The translations under genes and the position numbers were made by a program. DNA of 62,892 nt, the filler included, from Intoshia linei (Eukaryota; Animalia; Orthonectida), in NCBI GenBank assembly GCA_001642005.1. It is 6 parts of 6 records of this genome, joined end to end, with 100 filler letters (N's around TTAATTAATTAA, not from the genome) between each part and the next. Parts side by side here need not be neighbours in the genome. Positions count along the whole stretch, not along the records: positions 9,327 to 33,095 come from LWCA01000549.1; positions 33,196 to 53,528 come from LWCA01000688.1; 4 more parts are not named here. The stretch is one strand, 5' to 3'. Every line of letters begins with the position of its first letter. The first letter of the stretch is position 1. Positions 26,790 through 41,207 of this stretch are shown one piece after another. The notes beneath the pieces are model-generated. The model searched no databases and was not told where the DNA came from. It saw only the letters and a list, made by a program, of their open reading frames with translations.

Positions 26790-29700
26790 CAAAAAGATGA
26801 AAATGAATGTGATATCACTAGAAACATGATTCAAAAGTAAATATATTGTAAAATGAAGATTTTGGCTCTCCATGAAAATTGGGAATATGTATATCAAACT
26901 GCTTGTTTCTTGTCTAGTGAATGGAATATAAATTTTGATAAACGGTTTTACTTTAAATTTAAAAAAATGCAATGGTTTTTGTAGAATTGAAAAATTACAC
27001 CTATCAAACAATAAATCACCATACAATTGTATTATAATTAACGAACAAGAAATTTATGAAAATGCTCATACTGACGATTATGGAAATGACATTAAATGTA
27101 CATATAAAATTGTGGCTCATGGCAGATACTGTTTACTGGATACTTTCAAAACTAGCTGCATTATTGAATCAAGTTATTTTTGTGTATAAATGAACTACAT
27201 GTAGCTTGATGTTTTGTACTTCGTACAAACAGCACCTAACTTTACATGGGCACACTTTTTTAATTCTACCAAAACTATGAAATCTTACATAAAAATGCTA
27301 CTTTTCACTACATTGTATTACCAATCCTTTTAAGAAATGGTTTCCAATTGTGTGAAGACAATATTTTAATATTAAATTCTATAAGCATTAATTATACCAA
27401 ATTTTTTGTTATAGTAAAATGTGAATCAAACATATTATACTATTTTCCAAAAAATTGTAAATAGTATATTGCTTTCTTGACCATAAATGTTTAACTTTGT
27501 GATTGGGAAAAGCTGTATTAAATGTGATATAATTTTAAATTTTGAGATTCGTTTTTTCAATTTTACAAAAAATAATGGGTATTTTTGAGTTTTGATTATA
27601 AAGATTTAACATGTTGAAATTGTTATTTATAATGTACAATGTACATGATTTTATAATTTATCAAAATGTAGACTCAAAAAAATTAGAGGTCCGTTTGATT
27701 TTTAAAAAGGATATTTGGCGTAAAGAGATATAAGTTAGGATTTAATGTAAATTACCACTTTTTAAAAAAAAATAAAAATGTAGAGTATCTTTATGGGACT
27801 GTACTGTCATATTTTTCAAAAAAATAAAAATTCTAATATCGAATAATTTAATGACGGGTACAGCAATACATTGTTGTGTAATGTTGTGAATATAATTTTT
27901 GTGATATACAAAAAAAATTTAGTACTGGTTAAAAAATCCTACCGAAACCAAGGACTTGGTCGTCAAATTATGAAATCTTTAATTGAAATTATTAGATGGT
28001 AATTATAAATTAAATAAAACAAGGTTTGAGTCATTTTTTTGTGTGAATTTATAAGTACTTTGAGAAACATGGCTGAAACTATAATAAATATTCAATTTAT
28101 TATTATTATTTACTGTTAATAATTATGAGAAATTATGATATTTAGAAATATGAACGGAATATTTGTGTACAGTGTACACTAGGGTGTCCACTTTTTTTTA
28201 TTAAAAAACCCCATTTTGCACCTGGATACCTTTTTTGATTTTAATTATTCATCAAAAAATGAAATGGGTTAATATTTACACCCTCAAATGTAAAATACAA
28301 CTATATTTTATGTATAATCACTGATTATTAATCAACTTTAATCATGTCGGTAATTCCTTTGTTTCTAGTAAATTCATTTCTAGCTCATTTATTTTGGTTT
28401 TTAATAAAGTTTGAATCTAATTTAAATCTATAAATTAAATCTAACTTAAAAATCCTACTATTCACTATTATCAATGATTTAAAGGAGTGGTTACCAAACT
28501 TGTTTCAGGTGGAACCGTCATATCACATTACTTTTTACTTTAAAGTGAATTATTCCCTCTTAATTTTTTTGTTAACATTTGCGTAAAGAATTTTAAAAAC
28601 AATTGTTATTCCATTTTTTTAATTTATTAGACGAATGTGTGTATAATATTAAAAATAAAGTAGAAACAGTCAAATCCTAAAAATTTTCATAGGCAGCATA
28701 AATTCCAGGAAAATTAAAATTATAAAAACCTAATTTGTCATTTTCAATGTGATAATATATATCCAGTATCAATTTAATAAATACAATATTGCAAAGGATT
28801 GTAATAAATATAAAAATAATAACAAAGTTTTATTAGGCTTGTATTTATAGCGTCAGTATTTGAATCTGTAAACTGTCAGTATTTTAGGTTTTTTTATGTT
28901 AGTATTTTTTTACGGACAATTTAATTGTTATACTGACAAAATAGTATTTTATAAAATGTGTTTATTTATATATACTTTCTTATTAAAATAATAATTTTTT
29001 ATAGCATACTGACAAATATGTAATTGAATACTAACAAAGTACATTTTATTACTGACATTTTAATATTTATACTGACAATTTTTTATTAAAATACTGACAG
29101 TTTCGGTAATTAAATACTGACAAATAAAATAGTTTTCGTTTTATTACTTTTAGTAATTCGTTGTTGTAGTTTAAATTTTAAACAAATTGAAAATGAAAAT
29201 TTGAGATTGAAAAATTGCGAAGGAATGAATTATTTAGATTTTCACTGATATTTCATTATTGGAAAGGTGTAAACGTTCAATGCACATTTTTAATTTTTTA
29301 AAAATATTGGTTGACAATATATTAAAAATTAGATTTCACCGGGAATGCCTAGATTTCTGGGGTTGAAATTTTGTATTTATATCAACTGGAATAAGCTCTA
29401 TCAGAATAATTTTTTTTTAAATTTTCGGACCATTAATTATTTTACATTCTTTGTTTTAATAAAATATTTTGAAAAAAAAATGTATGAATACTAAAATGCT
29501 TTTTTGACTGTGAAGGCGTCACTTATTCAGATTGAAATTTTTTGTGTGTGTTAACAGGATACAACTGTACACCTGTAGAATTTTTTTAAATTCTAAGACT
29601 GTTTTTATTAAAAAAAAAGGTCATTTGTGGTTTTGACCCGTAAATGTGAGTTTTAGAGGTTGAAATTTATCTTACTAACACCCCGGAAAAAACTTTAATA

Positions 29701-32700
29701 GAAATGTGGACTTTATAAAATTCTAAGACTAGTAGTTATTGAAATAAACGAAAACACGAACGTGAAAACAGCATGAGTACGTGCGATGAATCCTCACAGA
29801 GTTAAACCAATAATTGTGTGTTAAATTTAAAATTTCACGACAAGAGCCTTAGAGATGTTGTTAGGATATATGACACTGCGCCTCGTAATTTTTTTTGGTA
29901 CTTATTTTTTATTTTCGGGTGGCCTCGGACTTGATATATCGGTTCTGCATGCTCATCGTTATGTTGAGGTAAACTAAATTTTTCAATTTTAGCAAAGGAT
30001 GTAGCGATGTTTATATAGCCACATATGACCAACAAAATTTTTACAAAAAGATTAATTTTATCGAATGCGAATCATTTAAAACCATAAATTATATAATAAA
30101 AAACAAGGTATATTTATAATATATTTACCGTAGATGACAATGACATGATCTTAAGTGACAATTTTTCTGAAAAGTGTAACTAAATTGATGGTAATAATTG
30201 GGTCTATAAATTAAAAAAATGGGAATAATTTTAATTATACATTAATAGTACATTAGTATTTAATAATAATTTTTATAGGTTTTCTTTATATCAGTCATTT
30301 ACAACGAGGTTTATGTGGAACCCCGAGATTAAAAAAATAAATAGTAAAGTACTTTTTGGATCGTGAACGAGCTAATTTAACATGTTAAATTTTGTTTTGT
30401 ATATTGTGAAAAAACCTGTTTTAGCTATTATTTTTTCATTTTTAAAAATAATAGGTAATTTGGAATTTTGACCTGAAGATGAAATTTCTTAAATCCAATA
30501 ACTCAGTAAAAGGAAAACTAGGTACTAATGAAATAACTCAGTACTCAGTAAAGCTGAGTACTTTTTACAAAAGTTGAACACACTAGTATCTAGCTTTGTT
30601 AAGGGCGGACAATTCAACTTTTGAATTCAACAAAATTTTAATTTAATAAAATATCCTTTACTTACATAAATAAAGAATTCCTGTGCATTAGCGTTTAATT
30701 TAAAAATTTAATTTACTAGAATTAAAATAAACTCAATTTCTAATACAGTTCTTCGACAGTGATGTTTTATCCCAAATTTTATTTTTAGTTTTTTTTTTTA
30801 AATTTGGTAAAACCAAAATTACTTTTTTTTTTTTAAAAAACATAAATTTTGTAGTTTTTACAATGTGTCTTTTAAATGAATCTCAACCTCAGAAACTTGT
30901 AATTACATTGATGGAATACCCAGTATGTAAATAAGGATATTTATATTTTTCCAATCAATACCAATATACATGTTAATTCATTTTTAATTACTACTGAATA
31001 GTGCAGCTTTTTTCAACCTATGCGCCCAGTAAAATCGTTTTTTATAAAAATTCAAGTTGATTTTGTGTAATGACATAATAAAATATGAAGGGTCAACGTT
31101 AAAAAGTTGATCTATAAGATTTTTATTAAAAAATAGATACTTTTAAAATATTTTCTATTTCTATTTCGTCGACTGTATTAATTACCGAAATTTCAAAGTT
31201 TACCTATAAAATTTCTTTCAAATGTGATAAAAACATGATTTGCATTTATTAAAATTTTTGGTACACTGGTTCATGTAAACTAAAAACGATGCTCAGAAAA
31301 TTTACAATTATTTTAATTCATCTTAAATAGACTCCCCATTTTTTAATCTTGAATTTAAAACAATTAATAAAATTGATACTTGTCACTTACTAATATCTAG
31401 TATCTTATTATATTTTTATAGGAGATGTAGTGTACTGTTTGTCAGCCACTGATATAACTTTTTGTATTTGTATTAACTTAATTTAGTAAATTTAGACTGT
31501 TTGCGTTCTAATCACCCCAAAATACTATAAAAATGTATTATCCAATCGAACTTGGATGAAATATAATATATAAACATTTATACCAATAAACCTTTAAAAA
31601 TTAAAAATTGTACCTTTACTTACATAAAAATGATTGTCTGTGTGCGTATGATACCTTTTAAAAATTAAGTCTTAGAATTTAAAATTCCAATTAATATTAA
31701 TTATCATTTGCGACATAATTAATAACTACTACAATATAGTAGTATGAAACAAAATTAGTCACCTTAACCGAATAACCAAACAGACAGCAACATACATACA
31801 GTATGCAATGCAGTGAATTTCAGTGAATAGAGAATAGAGATTTGATTGTAAATAAAAGTTTATAAAACTTTTATTTTTAAGAAAATTTTTGAAGTAGGCA
31901 ATATCAAAGCAGGATTAACTTTGATAAATTTATCATTCACATTTAATTAATGTAACAATACAATCTAATTATAATTTTAATGCCAGTATTAGTTAATTAA
32001 ATAAATAATTTACATATTTACTCAAAGGGTCACCAAAATTATTCTGTGGACCACTTGTTAACGAACCCTGGGCTACACCAACCAAGAAATAATTTTAGAG
32101 AAATTGTCACAAATTATTAATTATATATTTCAAATAAAATTATCTTTTTCTCTAACCATGAAAAAACCCGTAAAATTATAAGACTACTAATTCACTAATT
32201 TACAATAATAATAATTATTCATTTTCAATTCACAATTGTAATTTGAAATCTAACATGCCTACTGTGATATCTTTAAACTTACTAAATTTTCTTTTTTAAA
32301 TTTTAAAGTTTTTAAATTAAAGTTTCAAAGCCATGGCTCATGACTTTCTAAAGGCCTACATTTTAGAATGAGTTTATGAACATTTTCTTAATTACAATAA
32401 TGAACCATTCCACCTATCAATGTAAACTTTATTATGTATCAAATTCAAACTTTAATCATTTTCAAAACTTTTTAAAATTAAGGCTGAATTAATTCGTATA
32501 CATTTGATCAATATAAATTTTTTATTTGATTTGATTTAATCAATATAATTGCATTTAAAACGAGGAATAATTACTGTGATTTTACTTGATTTATAAAATT
32601 TGACGTTTTTTAATATTTTTTAAGCCCAAATATCGACTAATAAGATTGAAAATTTTATTCATTTGAATCTTATTTTTGTTTACTAATTAAGAGACTAATT

Positions 32701-35700
32701 CATTTCATTTTATTCTATATTCCTTTGTGAATTTCTAATTGTGAATACAATGATATTTCATTAATTTAAGAATTCATTTTTCTTTTATATGAAAATGCTC
32801 AGGTAATTTTTGACTTTTATATTTGTTAACATGTGTGTGGTAATTTGTAGTATTTGCAGTTAATGAGGATTCGTTTTTATGTATTTGAGAATGTACACAT
32901 TTCATGGATAAGTCGTAGAATGTACATATCTCATGGATAAGTCGTACAGTATACAATATTTAATTTAATCTGTACTACAGATTAACGTAACAAGGCAGGA
33001 TATATTATTAAGATTAAAAATAATCCTTAATAATAAAATAGTTAAGATTAAAAATAATTAATTTAATTTATTAAATATAAAATTTATAACTGGAANNNNN
33101 NNNNNNNNNNNNNNNNNNNNNNNNNNNNNNNNNNNNNNNTTAATTAATTAANNNNNNNNNNNNNNNNNNNNNNNNNNNNNNNNNNNNNNNNNNNNTCATA
33201 TCCTAGCATCGGAGAAAAGGCTATCAGAATGCTGTTGCCTTTTGTATCAGCGTATTTATGTGAGTGTGGATTTTCGACTCTTTTGGATATAAAAAATTAA
33301 AAAAGAAGTAGATTAATAGTTGAAGATGATTTACGTGGTGCTCTTTTTACGACTCAGCCGCGTATTTTAGAATTAACTAAAAAAAATCTTAAAATTCTCA
33401 CTAATATTTTTTGTAAATACTATTTTAATATTATTAATACATTTTAAATAACTGTTAGTTTTATAGAAAATTCTCAATTTCTAATGGACAGAATTTAAAT
33501 GGGGTGCGTGAAAAAATGTAATGGCTCAAGGGGGGAATGAGAAAAAATAAGTTGAGAATCACTGGTCTAGGGAAACAAAAATGTGGATTTCTTCAGAAGG
33601 AATTAATGTTTTACAGTGGCCAGCCTGCTCTCCTGATTTAAACCACATTGAAAATCTCTGGGGTATAATTTTGAGAAGCATATATTGCGAAGGTAAACAA
33701 TATTCAGATCTTAAAGAAGCTATTATCGTCGCATGCAATGACATCGGTCATGATACTATAAATTTTATGATAAAATATGAATTCTAGATTGTTTGAAGTA
33801 ATTTATGGAAAGGGATGTGTAACTAGATATTAAATAAAAATTAGCAATTTCTCGTAATCCTAAATATATTTTTTACTCTAAATCGTTGTTATAAAGCATT
33901 TTTGTCTACTATTAATTCAAATCTTATTTATTAGAAAAAGTTTTTTATTTTATATTTTTTTCTTTTACCATGTTTTAAATCCAAATTTAGATGTTAATAA
34001 GAGAAATTAGCGAATTATAAGTATTATAAGTCCTTTTTCGACAAAATATATGATGTGATTTATAATATTGTCCGGCAGTATATAACAAATTGAATGTGTA
34101 AATTAATTTACTCAATTTTTAACTTATGTGTATATTTTTCTAGTTTTATTATAATTGGTGTGAATTGTGTGATGTCAACAAATATCTATCTGTGATTTAT
34201 ACAATCAAAAAATATAAATATATTGGCGATTTGGATGTCAATTTTGCTTTGATTAATGCTGATAAAAGTGAAAATTTGATTAACCATCTTCAAATGATTA
34301 ATTTTCCTAAAGTTAAATAGTAAATTTATTTAAATTGTAGTATTGCGATGTTAACTATTTTACTGTCTGTGTATTCTATACTATACACAAGATAATTTTG
34401 AAAAACTATTCTTTTATTTTTCATACATTTTCACATAGGTAATTTAAAAATAATACAAATTTCAGACGTGTGGTGATAGTACATAAAATTGCATCAGACA
34501 GTGAAAGGGTTAAGATAGCTTAATCAACATTACTGTTATTCCAACTTTGGAACATTAAATATCATACTTATTATTATATGATATTACTAGCTTTACTTTT
34601 GTGTACTTCGAACAGACAGCATCCTAGCTTTGCCGAGAACAAACTTTTTTAATTCTACCAAAAAAATAAATTCAATAATAAAATATTAATTAAAAATACT
34701 ATTTACTATTATCAATCCTTTAAAGGAGTGGTTCCTAAACTTGAATTAAACATTACCAATTAATTTAAAATCAATTATTAATTATTCTTATGTAAATTTA
34801 TTTGGTTAACATTTTTGTAAAGAATTTCAAAAACAACTTTGTGATGCCATTTGTTTAATTTAAAAGAGAATGAGTATAATCATAAAAATAAAGTAAAAAC
34901 AGTAAATCCTAAAAATTGTCATAAATGGCTTAAATTCCAGAAAAAATAAAATTGTAAATAAACCGATATATAAACAATCAATAAACTTGACTTTAACTTC
35001 ATCATAAATATACATCAACAGTGAGCCATAGTGATGATAATAAACATCACTAGACCTCCCTGTCAAGAATATAATATACTAAGAAAAGAAGGAGGTTTGA
35101 TTTTTCGCATCGATTTTGTTGCTTGTGTAAAAGTGGTTTATTAGAAATAAAAATTTGAGCATAATAAACAGGGCTCTTTTGAACTTTAGAGTCATAATTA
35201 CGTTTCACTCTCCTGGTATGTTGGGCTTTATCCAGTTTCAAATTTATCAGACAGAATGTGTATAATATTAAAAATAAAGTAAAAACAGTCCAACCTAAAA
35301 ATTGTCATAAATAGCATAAATTCCAGAAAAAATAAAATTATAAAAACCTATTTTGTTATTTGAATGTGATGATTAGAGTCGAAATTTTATTGACTTAAAA
35401 ATTCGGTGATAATGCTGATGTTATTGACTTTATAAAATTGGTAGCCTGTAATTTTGCACGAAATTTTAAATGCTAAAAAGTAGTTTTTAAGTCAAAATTT
35501 TGCTTTGATAGTGCTAATTTTTAAATGCAATAAATGTACGCATTTAAATTTCATGTAAGCACTTATGCAAAATTTGCACTAAAAAATTTATTTTTTACAT
35601 AATAAAAATTATGAATGCAATAACTAAGTTTCACTTATGTGATTTAAGTTTATTTTATATAATTTTATTACTACTTCATATAAAATTAAAATTTAATGCA

Positions 35701-37440
35701 AAAAAACGATTATCCGATATTGAAAAAGTGCAATATTTCTGCACTGAATATCCATCCGAATTTACTATAATAGAAACCAAATTATTTTGCAATATATGTA
35801 GTAAACTTATTAAATGCGAAAAAAAATTACACGTGGATTCTCATAGAAAATCTAACACACATAATGCAATAAATGAGTAATTTTTTTATATCAATAATAC
35901 ATTAAATCATAGATTAAGGAGTAGAAATTGTAGCACTGATGGCTGTAACCCTTATTCTAGAATTATCTGTTTTCCTGAATAGTAACATTGTTCACCCGAT
36001 GGAATATTACACTCAATAAGTTGCATTCTGAAGACATGAAGCTATTTTTTGACGCATTAAAATTATATTATTTTAAATTTTTTAATGTCAGTAATAAAAT
36101 TATTTTGTCAGTATATACTGTATAGTCATTATGATCTATGAATGGCTCTAATAATTAAATTAGAATCCGACGATTATATTTTTTGACAACTAAATACAAT
36201 TATTGAGAATATATTATTGTAAATATCAATTAGAAATATATTAATAAATATTTAGTATAAAGAATAATAATCATTATGATTACCCGATATCGGAGATAAC
36301 ATCACATAAATTGATTGATTTTATTTATTCATGCGATATGTAAGTAGTTTTCTATACAATTTAATAATGTTAGAGTTCGATTTTGTATTATACCACAGAG
36401 ATGTAATCGTTGTTTATGCTTTTTGGAAGTTCATCTTTATACTTAAATTTATCCTTTAAAAGTTCAATTTATACTAGATAGGGGTTAATTAAGTACATTG
36501 TGGATGAGTTATTCACAGATACCATAGATTTATTTCGTAATAATAATAATTACGAAAGTACATTTTTAAATGTGAAAGTGGACCTGTGCTTTTGTTATTA
36601 TATATGAAAAAACATTATTGTGTCAATTTAGAAGGTATTTCTCATGTCGTACGGTTTATTTTATTTTCTAAAATTTGATCAGAAAGTTATATATAAATTC
36701 ATTTGTTTTGGGTAGATTGATTGATAGTTACAATTTTATATTACACATTTAAAATAAAAATCAAAAAGAGTTAAATCGAGTGGTTACATAGACTTCGAAA
36801 TTAATTATATTTTTCACTGAATTTCGAATTTAACCGGCAATGGAACATTTACAGATATATCAAGTGGACAATCCTGTTGTAATTAGACATTTGGAGCTCA
36901 ATTTCGTCAGTATCATCACTAAATAATACATTTCACATAAGATATACTTATCATACGCTTGATCATCACTCTTTGGAGTTATATTTTAATGACTTTATTA
37001 AATAGGAATTCGTTATTAAATCTATAATTACAATTGTGATGAAAATGTTCGTTTTTAAATTTTTATTTATTTAGAGATGATGTGAAAGTGATTGATAATT
37101 TACAGGCTATTAAGAAATGTTATCCTGTTCAATGTTTTGTTAAAATTAACATCGCTAATTCCATTGATCAATTCAATATGTACTTCAACGGTGAATACTC
37201 ATCCTACAACATGGAAAATGTCAGTTTTTGTAAAATACATATTAATATTAATTTATTTAGAATGTTTACATTCAAAAATTTAAAAAACACAAATCAATTG
37301 GAAAATTTTTCATTTATGTTGATAGGTCTTATGAGCCACATCTATCAATGTCGAACAAATATATTAAATATATGGTAATTTTTTATTAATTTTCATTATT
37401 TCAAAAAAATAATTGCACAGTCCAACGTGATATAGATACC
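26790..37440 (+). CDS. Scattered exon-like segments of one or more uncharacterised Cys-containing proteins
   Basis: Open segments with AG/GT boundaries near 26.8-27.2, 31.4, 34.15-34.3 and 36.1-37.4 kb (e.g. [16 protein letters not shown]; [13 protein letters not shown]); no recognised family and exon linkage unproven. Confidence 0.3.
28834..29130. repeat. Cluster of (a)tactgaca motifs in both orientations, probably transposon subterminal repeats
   Basis: gtcagtatt twice, then about six tactgaca copies; a related motif occurs at ~36087-36120. Confidence 0.5.
29190..29760 (-). mobile_element. Helitron A internal fragment
   Basis: Reverse complement of much of ~13395-14125. Confidence 0.7.
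33196..33563 (+). mobile_element. hAT Buster 3' end (dimerisation-domain remnant and TIR)
   Basis: [45 protein letters not shown]; TIR ...gttgagaatcactg. Confidence 0.8.
33570..33835 (+). mobile_element. Tc1 transposase C-terminal fragment
   Basis: [18 protein letters not shown] motif. Confidence 0.85.
34857..35344. repeat. ~100-bp direct duplication flanking a ~280-bp unidentified insert
   Basis: ~34857-34958 matches ~35241-35344; an uninterrupted single-copy version of the same repeat lies at ~28620-28755. Confidence 0.7.
35611..35880 (+). mobile_element. CGGBP1-like/hAT BED-finger transposase N-terminal remnant
   Basis: EYPSEF...[27 protein letters not shown]. Confidence 0.6.
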
Positions 37441-37639
37441 TAAAACGGCTAGGGAATTGACGCTACAAAGCTCTATAATTACGCATATTTACTTCATAAT
37501 TAATTTTTGGGTGTATTAACTCAACTAACTGAATATATAAATGGATAATATTTATTTACGTATATCTATTGCAAAACCACTAAACATATAATTAACGTGA
37601 CAAACAGGTTACAATAATGTGAAAATTCGATCAATACGC

Positions 37640-38060
37640 CACTGGGCGTGATTACTCCCATTTTACAAGTTCTAATTAAACTGCAACTTCATCCATTGAA
37701 CTCACTGCGTGGATACCCACGATAACTTAGCGACTATTTTATATTATTCAACTGCAAGGACAAACTTTGGACACCAAGGTGCGACTACTCAATCCTGGTA
37801 TTTTTAACGACATTTTATGCCGATAAGTTTAATCACCTTTGGGTAAATTCTTTTGACTATGAGCTTTAGGACGTTTAGGTGCACAACTAGAAACTAATTT
37901 CTTCAACTTCAAAGGGCATTAGTAAGATATATGAGCATATCTACCACAACTCAAACATTTATTTTGGTATTTAAACTTAACATTACTCTACATGGGCTCT
38001 TGAGGTATATTACCTTGTAACATGATCAACGCCTCTGCTCTTTTAACGACTACCTACATT
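37640..38060 (-). mobile_element. Ty3/gypsy gag-protease remnant
   Basis: VVKRAEAL...KCLSCGRYAHISY*C (CX2CX4HX4C knuckle) followed by a degenerate aspartic-protease-like segment (GLSSRTLV); internal stops. Confidence 0.65.
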
Positions 38061-38329
38061 GTTATTCTATATTTATACGTTCCCACCACGTATATTGATG
38101 AAAAATAAATTTATATTTATGAGAAACTCTGTATATACATTAGTGTGCCACACACATTTGAATTTTAATTGCGCGTAGTGAAAATTCGTGGCTCTTAAGC
38201 AATATATTTACTATTTTGTTTTTAAAATTAACTAAAATGACCTGCTTGATCCGCAGGCTTTAATCAACGTTTTACAAAATTTGGAACTAATAAACATCAG
38301 TTCAAACTATTTTACATGGTTACCACCTC

Positions 38330-38690
38330 TCATGGTTAATTTAATTTTAAATTTCCTGGATCAAGGCGTCCGCGATCAACACGAGGTATGGAAATTCTAA
38401 CACAGTCTTTCTTTTGACCCGAGGATTTTATTTCCCTTCTCAATCATTTTAATTGACTGAATTTATTGATTTTTTTTCTGGTCATATTTCTTTTAAAATT
38501 TAATTGGTATTATTCTTCTAATTTATCTTCCATTTGATTTCAATATCATTGTTCACCAATAAATCCTCTTTATCAAATATTAACGGTAACACTTCTTGCG
38601 GTAAGGCACTAGATGACAATTCTAATGTAGCTGGTCACCAAATTACTTCGTCATTTGACTGATTTAGACTATTCAATTTGTTTAAGGAAA
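38330..38690 (-). mobile_element. KRBA2/Ginger-like integrase-type transposase remnant
   Basis: PATLELSSSALPQEVLPLIFDKEDL and DCVRISIPRVDRGRLDPGNL. Confidence 0.65.
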
Positions 38691-38929
38691 ACAATGTATT
38701 ATTCCTTTTTTTTTATTTACAGTTGTTAACTATGCTTCCAAAAATATTGAGGCTTTAGTAGTGTTCATTAGAATGTAACATATGGTATACTCTCTTTGTT
38801 TCGAAATAATGTTTACATTTCCAAATTTTATATTATCATTGAAAAACATTTATAAATACTATTGAAACTAGTTTTAACATTTATTAAACAAATTACGTTT
38901 TATTTAAGATAAGAAGTCTTCTATTTTAC

Positions 38930-39240
38930 AGGGTATGCTTATCAATATTTTGCCGAGCCGTAAGGATCACTTTTGGTTTGCTAGCTAGGGATACTGGTAG
39001 AGTACCATTGTTGCGAAGCCTTGCTTTGCCGATATGCGGTAGCTTATACTCATTTTCTCCTTTCGCAAGCATTGTCTCCTCCATACATTGCTGAAGCGTT
39101 AAAAATACATTGTCCAGCTTATCTGGTGTAGATCATTAAAAGCATTACTTACGAAGCTAATTAGTTCGTCAATGGTTTTCGGAGAATAGTGATGTTGAAC
39201 GGATTGGATGGCGTTGAAGAACCAGGCGTATTAGATTGTA
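38930..39240 (-). mobile_element. Mariner-like (DD39D-type) transposase C-terminal remnant
   Basis: FFNAIQSVQHHYSPKTIDELISFVSNAF/LDNVFLTLQQCMEETMLAKGENEYKLPHIGKARLRNNGTLP. Confidence 0.75.
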
Positions 39241-39716
39241 ATCTATCAAAGAAAATTAATAAAACTAATAAAATTAATCGGAAAGGTTTATTCCAATTTT
39301 AAACATTATTTCGGAACAGAGGTATATGTTTTGTTACATACATATATGTATATAAAATATATATTATTTTTGGTTACAAATTTGAGATATGTGGCTAAAT
39401 TACTTCTACATGTGTATGTTATGAATCAACAAATATATTATATAAGAATGTTTTATTGATTTCTTCAATTTTGAACGTCTTTTCTTACGTCCGAATGGTA
39501 TAAATGTCATAATTATGGAGCAAAATCTTGCTACATTAACAGTCAGTAAATTTTCGTACACTTTGATTACTATTAAATTTTAAAATAAAGTTTGGTTCAC
39601 GCGCCATATCTTAAGAAGCGAAATATAGCAGCTCCGATTAATGATTATACGCTTAATTCGACAAAAACTTAGTTGCGACAGTACGCTGGTTGTCGTAACT
39701 AATGCGTGGATATTTC

Positions 39717-40090
39717 CTATGTGTTGGAGTAGTCTTGCCATACAAATACACCTTCATACACAATAAAGATCAAAAGTTGAATTTGTATGGTTGCCGCAAA
39801 GACAGAGTATAATACCCTCAACGCGTCATAAAACAAACCTGATACTACAGTAACCATAAATTGTACTATCCCTTTTGAAAGATTCCAAAGTGGGAAGAGT
39901 ACACCCGCCACACCATGAGTGCATATTAGGATGACATAATTATGTGCCATACCTAATATCACTATAATCCATCTTAATAATGTTAAGACGAGATCCATGA
40001 TAACATGGACCAATACGTTATACTACCATTACCAAACCAAACACAAGCCGATTCAATAAAATTAGAATGATAGCGCCCAAACTATCAACC
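39717..40090 (-). other. Unidentified hydrophobic intronless ORF fragment, candidate foreign insert
   Basis: 98-aa ORF, visibly more GC-rich than its flanks, same strand as neighbouring remnants; no recognised motif. Confidence 0.3.
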
Positions 40091-40626
40091 AACAATATTA
40101 AATAATCAGATATCAATTTCCGAGTGATACCATTAAATAGTCCCAATAATAAACTCTGTACCATGTAGAAAAAGATAAAAATAAATATGAAATGCTACAT
40201 TGATATTATACAATGATACATTGTATATTATTTTATTATAATTAATTATAAAGCGTGCCAAAAAATGAAACAGTTTTAAAGTTTTTCAAATACCACACTA
40301 CGTATGAAATAATGCATGAAACAATAGTTATAAATCACATGACTCAGTGATTGTACGTAAAAATTAACATGTTGATATATAAACACTAAATTAAAAAATT
40401 TACCGCCTGATTGAAGGAATGATTGAAGTAGATATTTGCAATAGAAATGCATTCACTATTTATAGACCAATTGTTTTCAATCTTCCAATAAGAACCCTAA
40501 TTTTTTTTTAAAATAAATACAAATTAAATAAATTTTGACAATAAACATTCACAATACAATTTTTTGGAAAATAAAAATTTAATAATGAAAAGTCAAAACA
40601 AATTTTGAAGGTTGCGTATCTCAACT

Positions 40627-40687
40627 AGCTCACCCTGATACTTAGCAAATGTTTATTTTGTTTTTGAACATATCTCGATGATGATTT
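40627..40687. repeat. 61-bp direct repeat DR-A, copy 1
   Basis: agctcaccctgatacttag...catatctcgatgatgattt; 3 mismatches to 41208-41268. Confidence 0.9.
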
Positions 40688-40699
40688 CTCTTTCGCCGA

Positions 40700-41135
40700 T
40701 TCTGGTGTTGGTGTAACCGATAGTTATCAAGACATTTTTGTTTAAAACGATTCTCAGCCTGTTGACTATCTCTTTAAATATGGGGAGAAATATAAGTTTA
40801 TGAAACTTTTGCTGGCATTAATCGCCTGGCCTTTTGGCACATTATTGTGATAACTACCGTCTACAGTGCATTTTACAGCTTTCTTCAAAGCTAATTCATA
40901 GTTGTTGTTATGTAAGTCATCAATTTCCGATTTTAATAATTTGTTCAATCTTGACTCGTTTAACTTCTTTAGGCATAGATCTATGCTTGTTTTTGATGTC
41001 ATGATCGGTTTAAACTGGAATCCCATGAGCGTGTCTCGATGTTCTGTCTTAGCATATTTCTCAAAAAATGCTTCGACACACGTGTTTGTGAATATCTTTG
41101 CAGGCCACTTGTTTTGCAATATAGAAACGTTAAAG
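40700..41135 (-). pseudogene. Endogenous viral element: hepe/virga-like (Alsuviricetes) RdRp N-terminal/motif F fragment
   Basis: LALKKAVKC...PKGQAINASKSFINLYFSPYLKR*STG*ESFLNKNVLIT resembles KxGQGISAWSKxxxxxFGPWFRxxE..LxPNV of hepe-like RdRps. Confidence 0.65.
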
Positions 41136-41207
41136 GTATATAACTATTATTCACTTATATATAGTTAACTTGAGTGTGTTTTTTTGCATGCAAAGTATTG
41201 TCTAATA

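Noticed and set aside
32889-32946. Two-copy 29-bp tandem repeat
   Set aside because: Only two copies with no spacers; probably a TE end or slippage duplication
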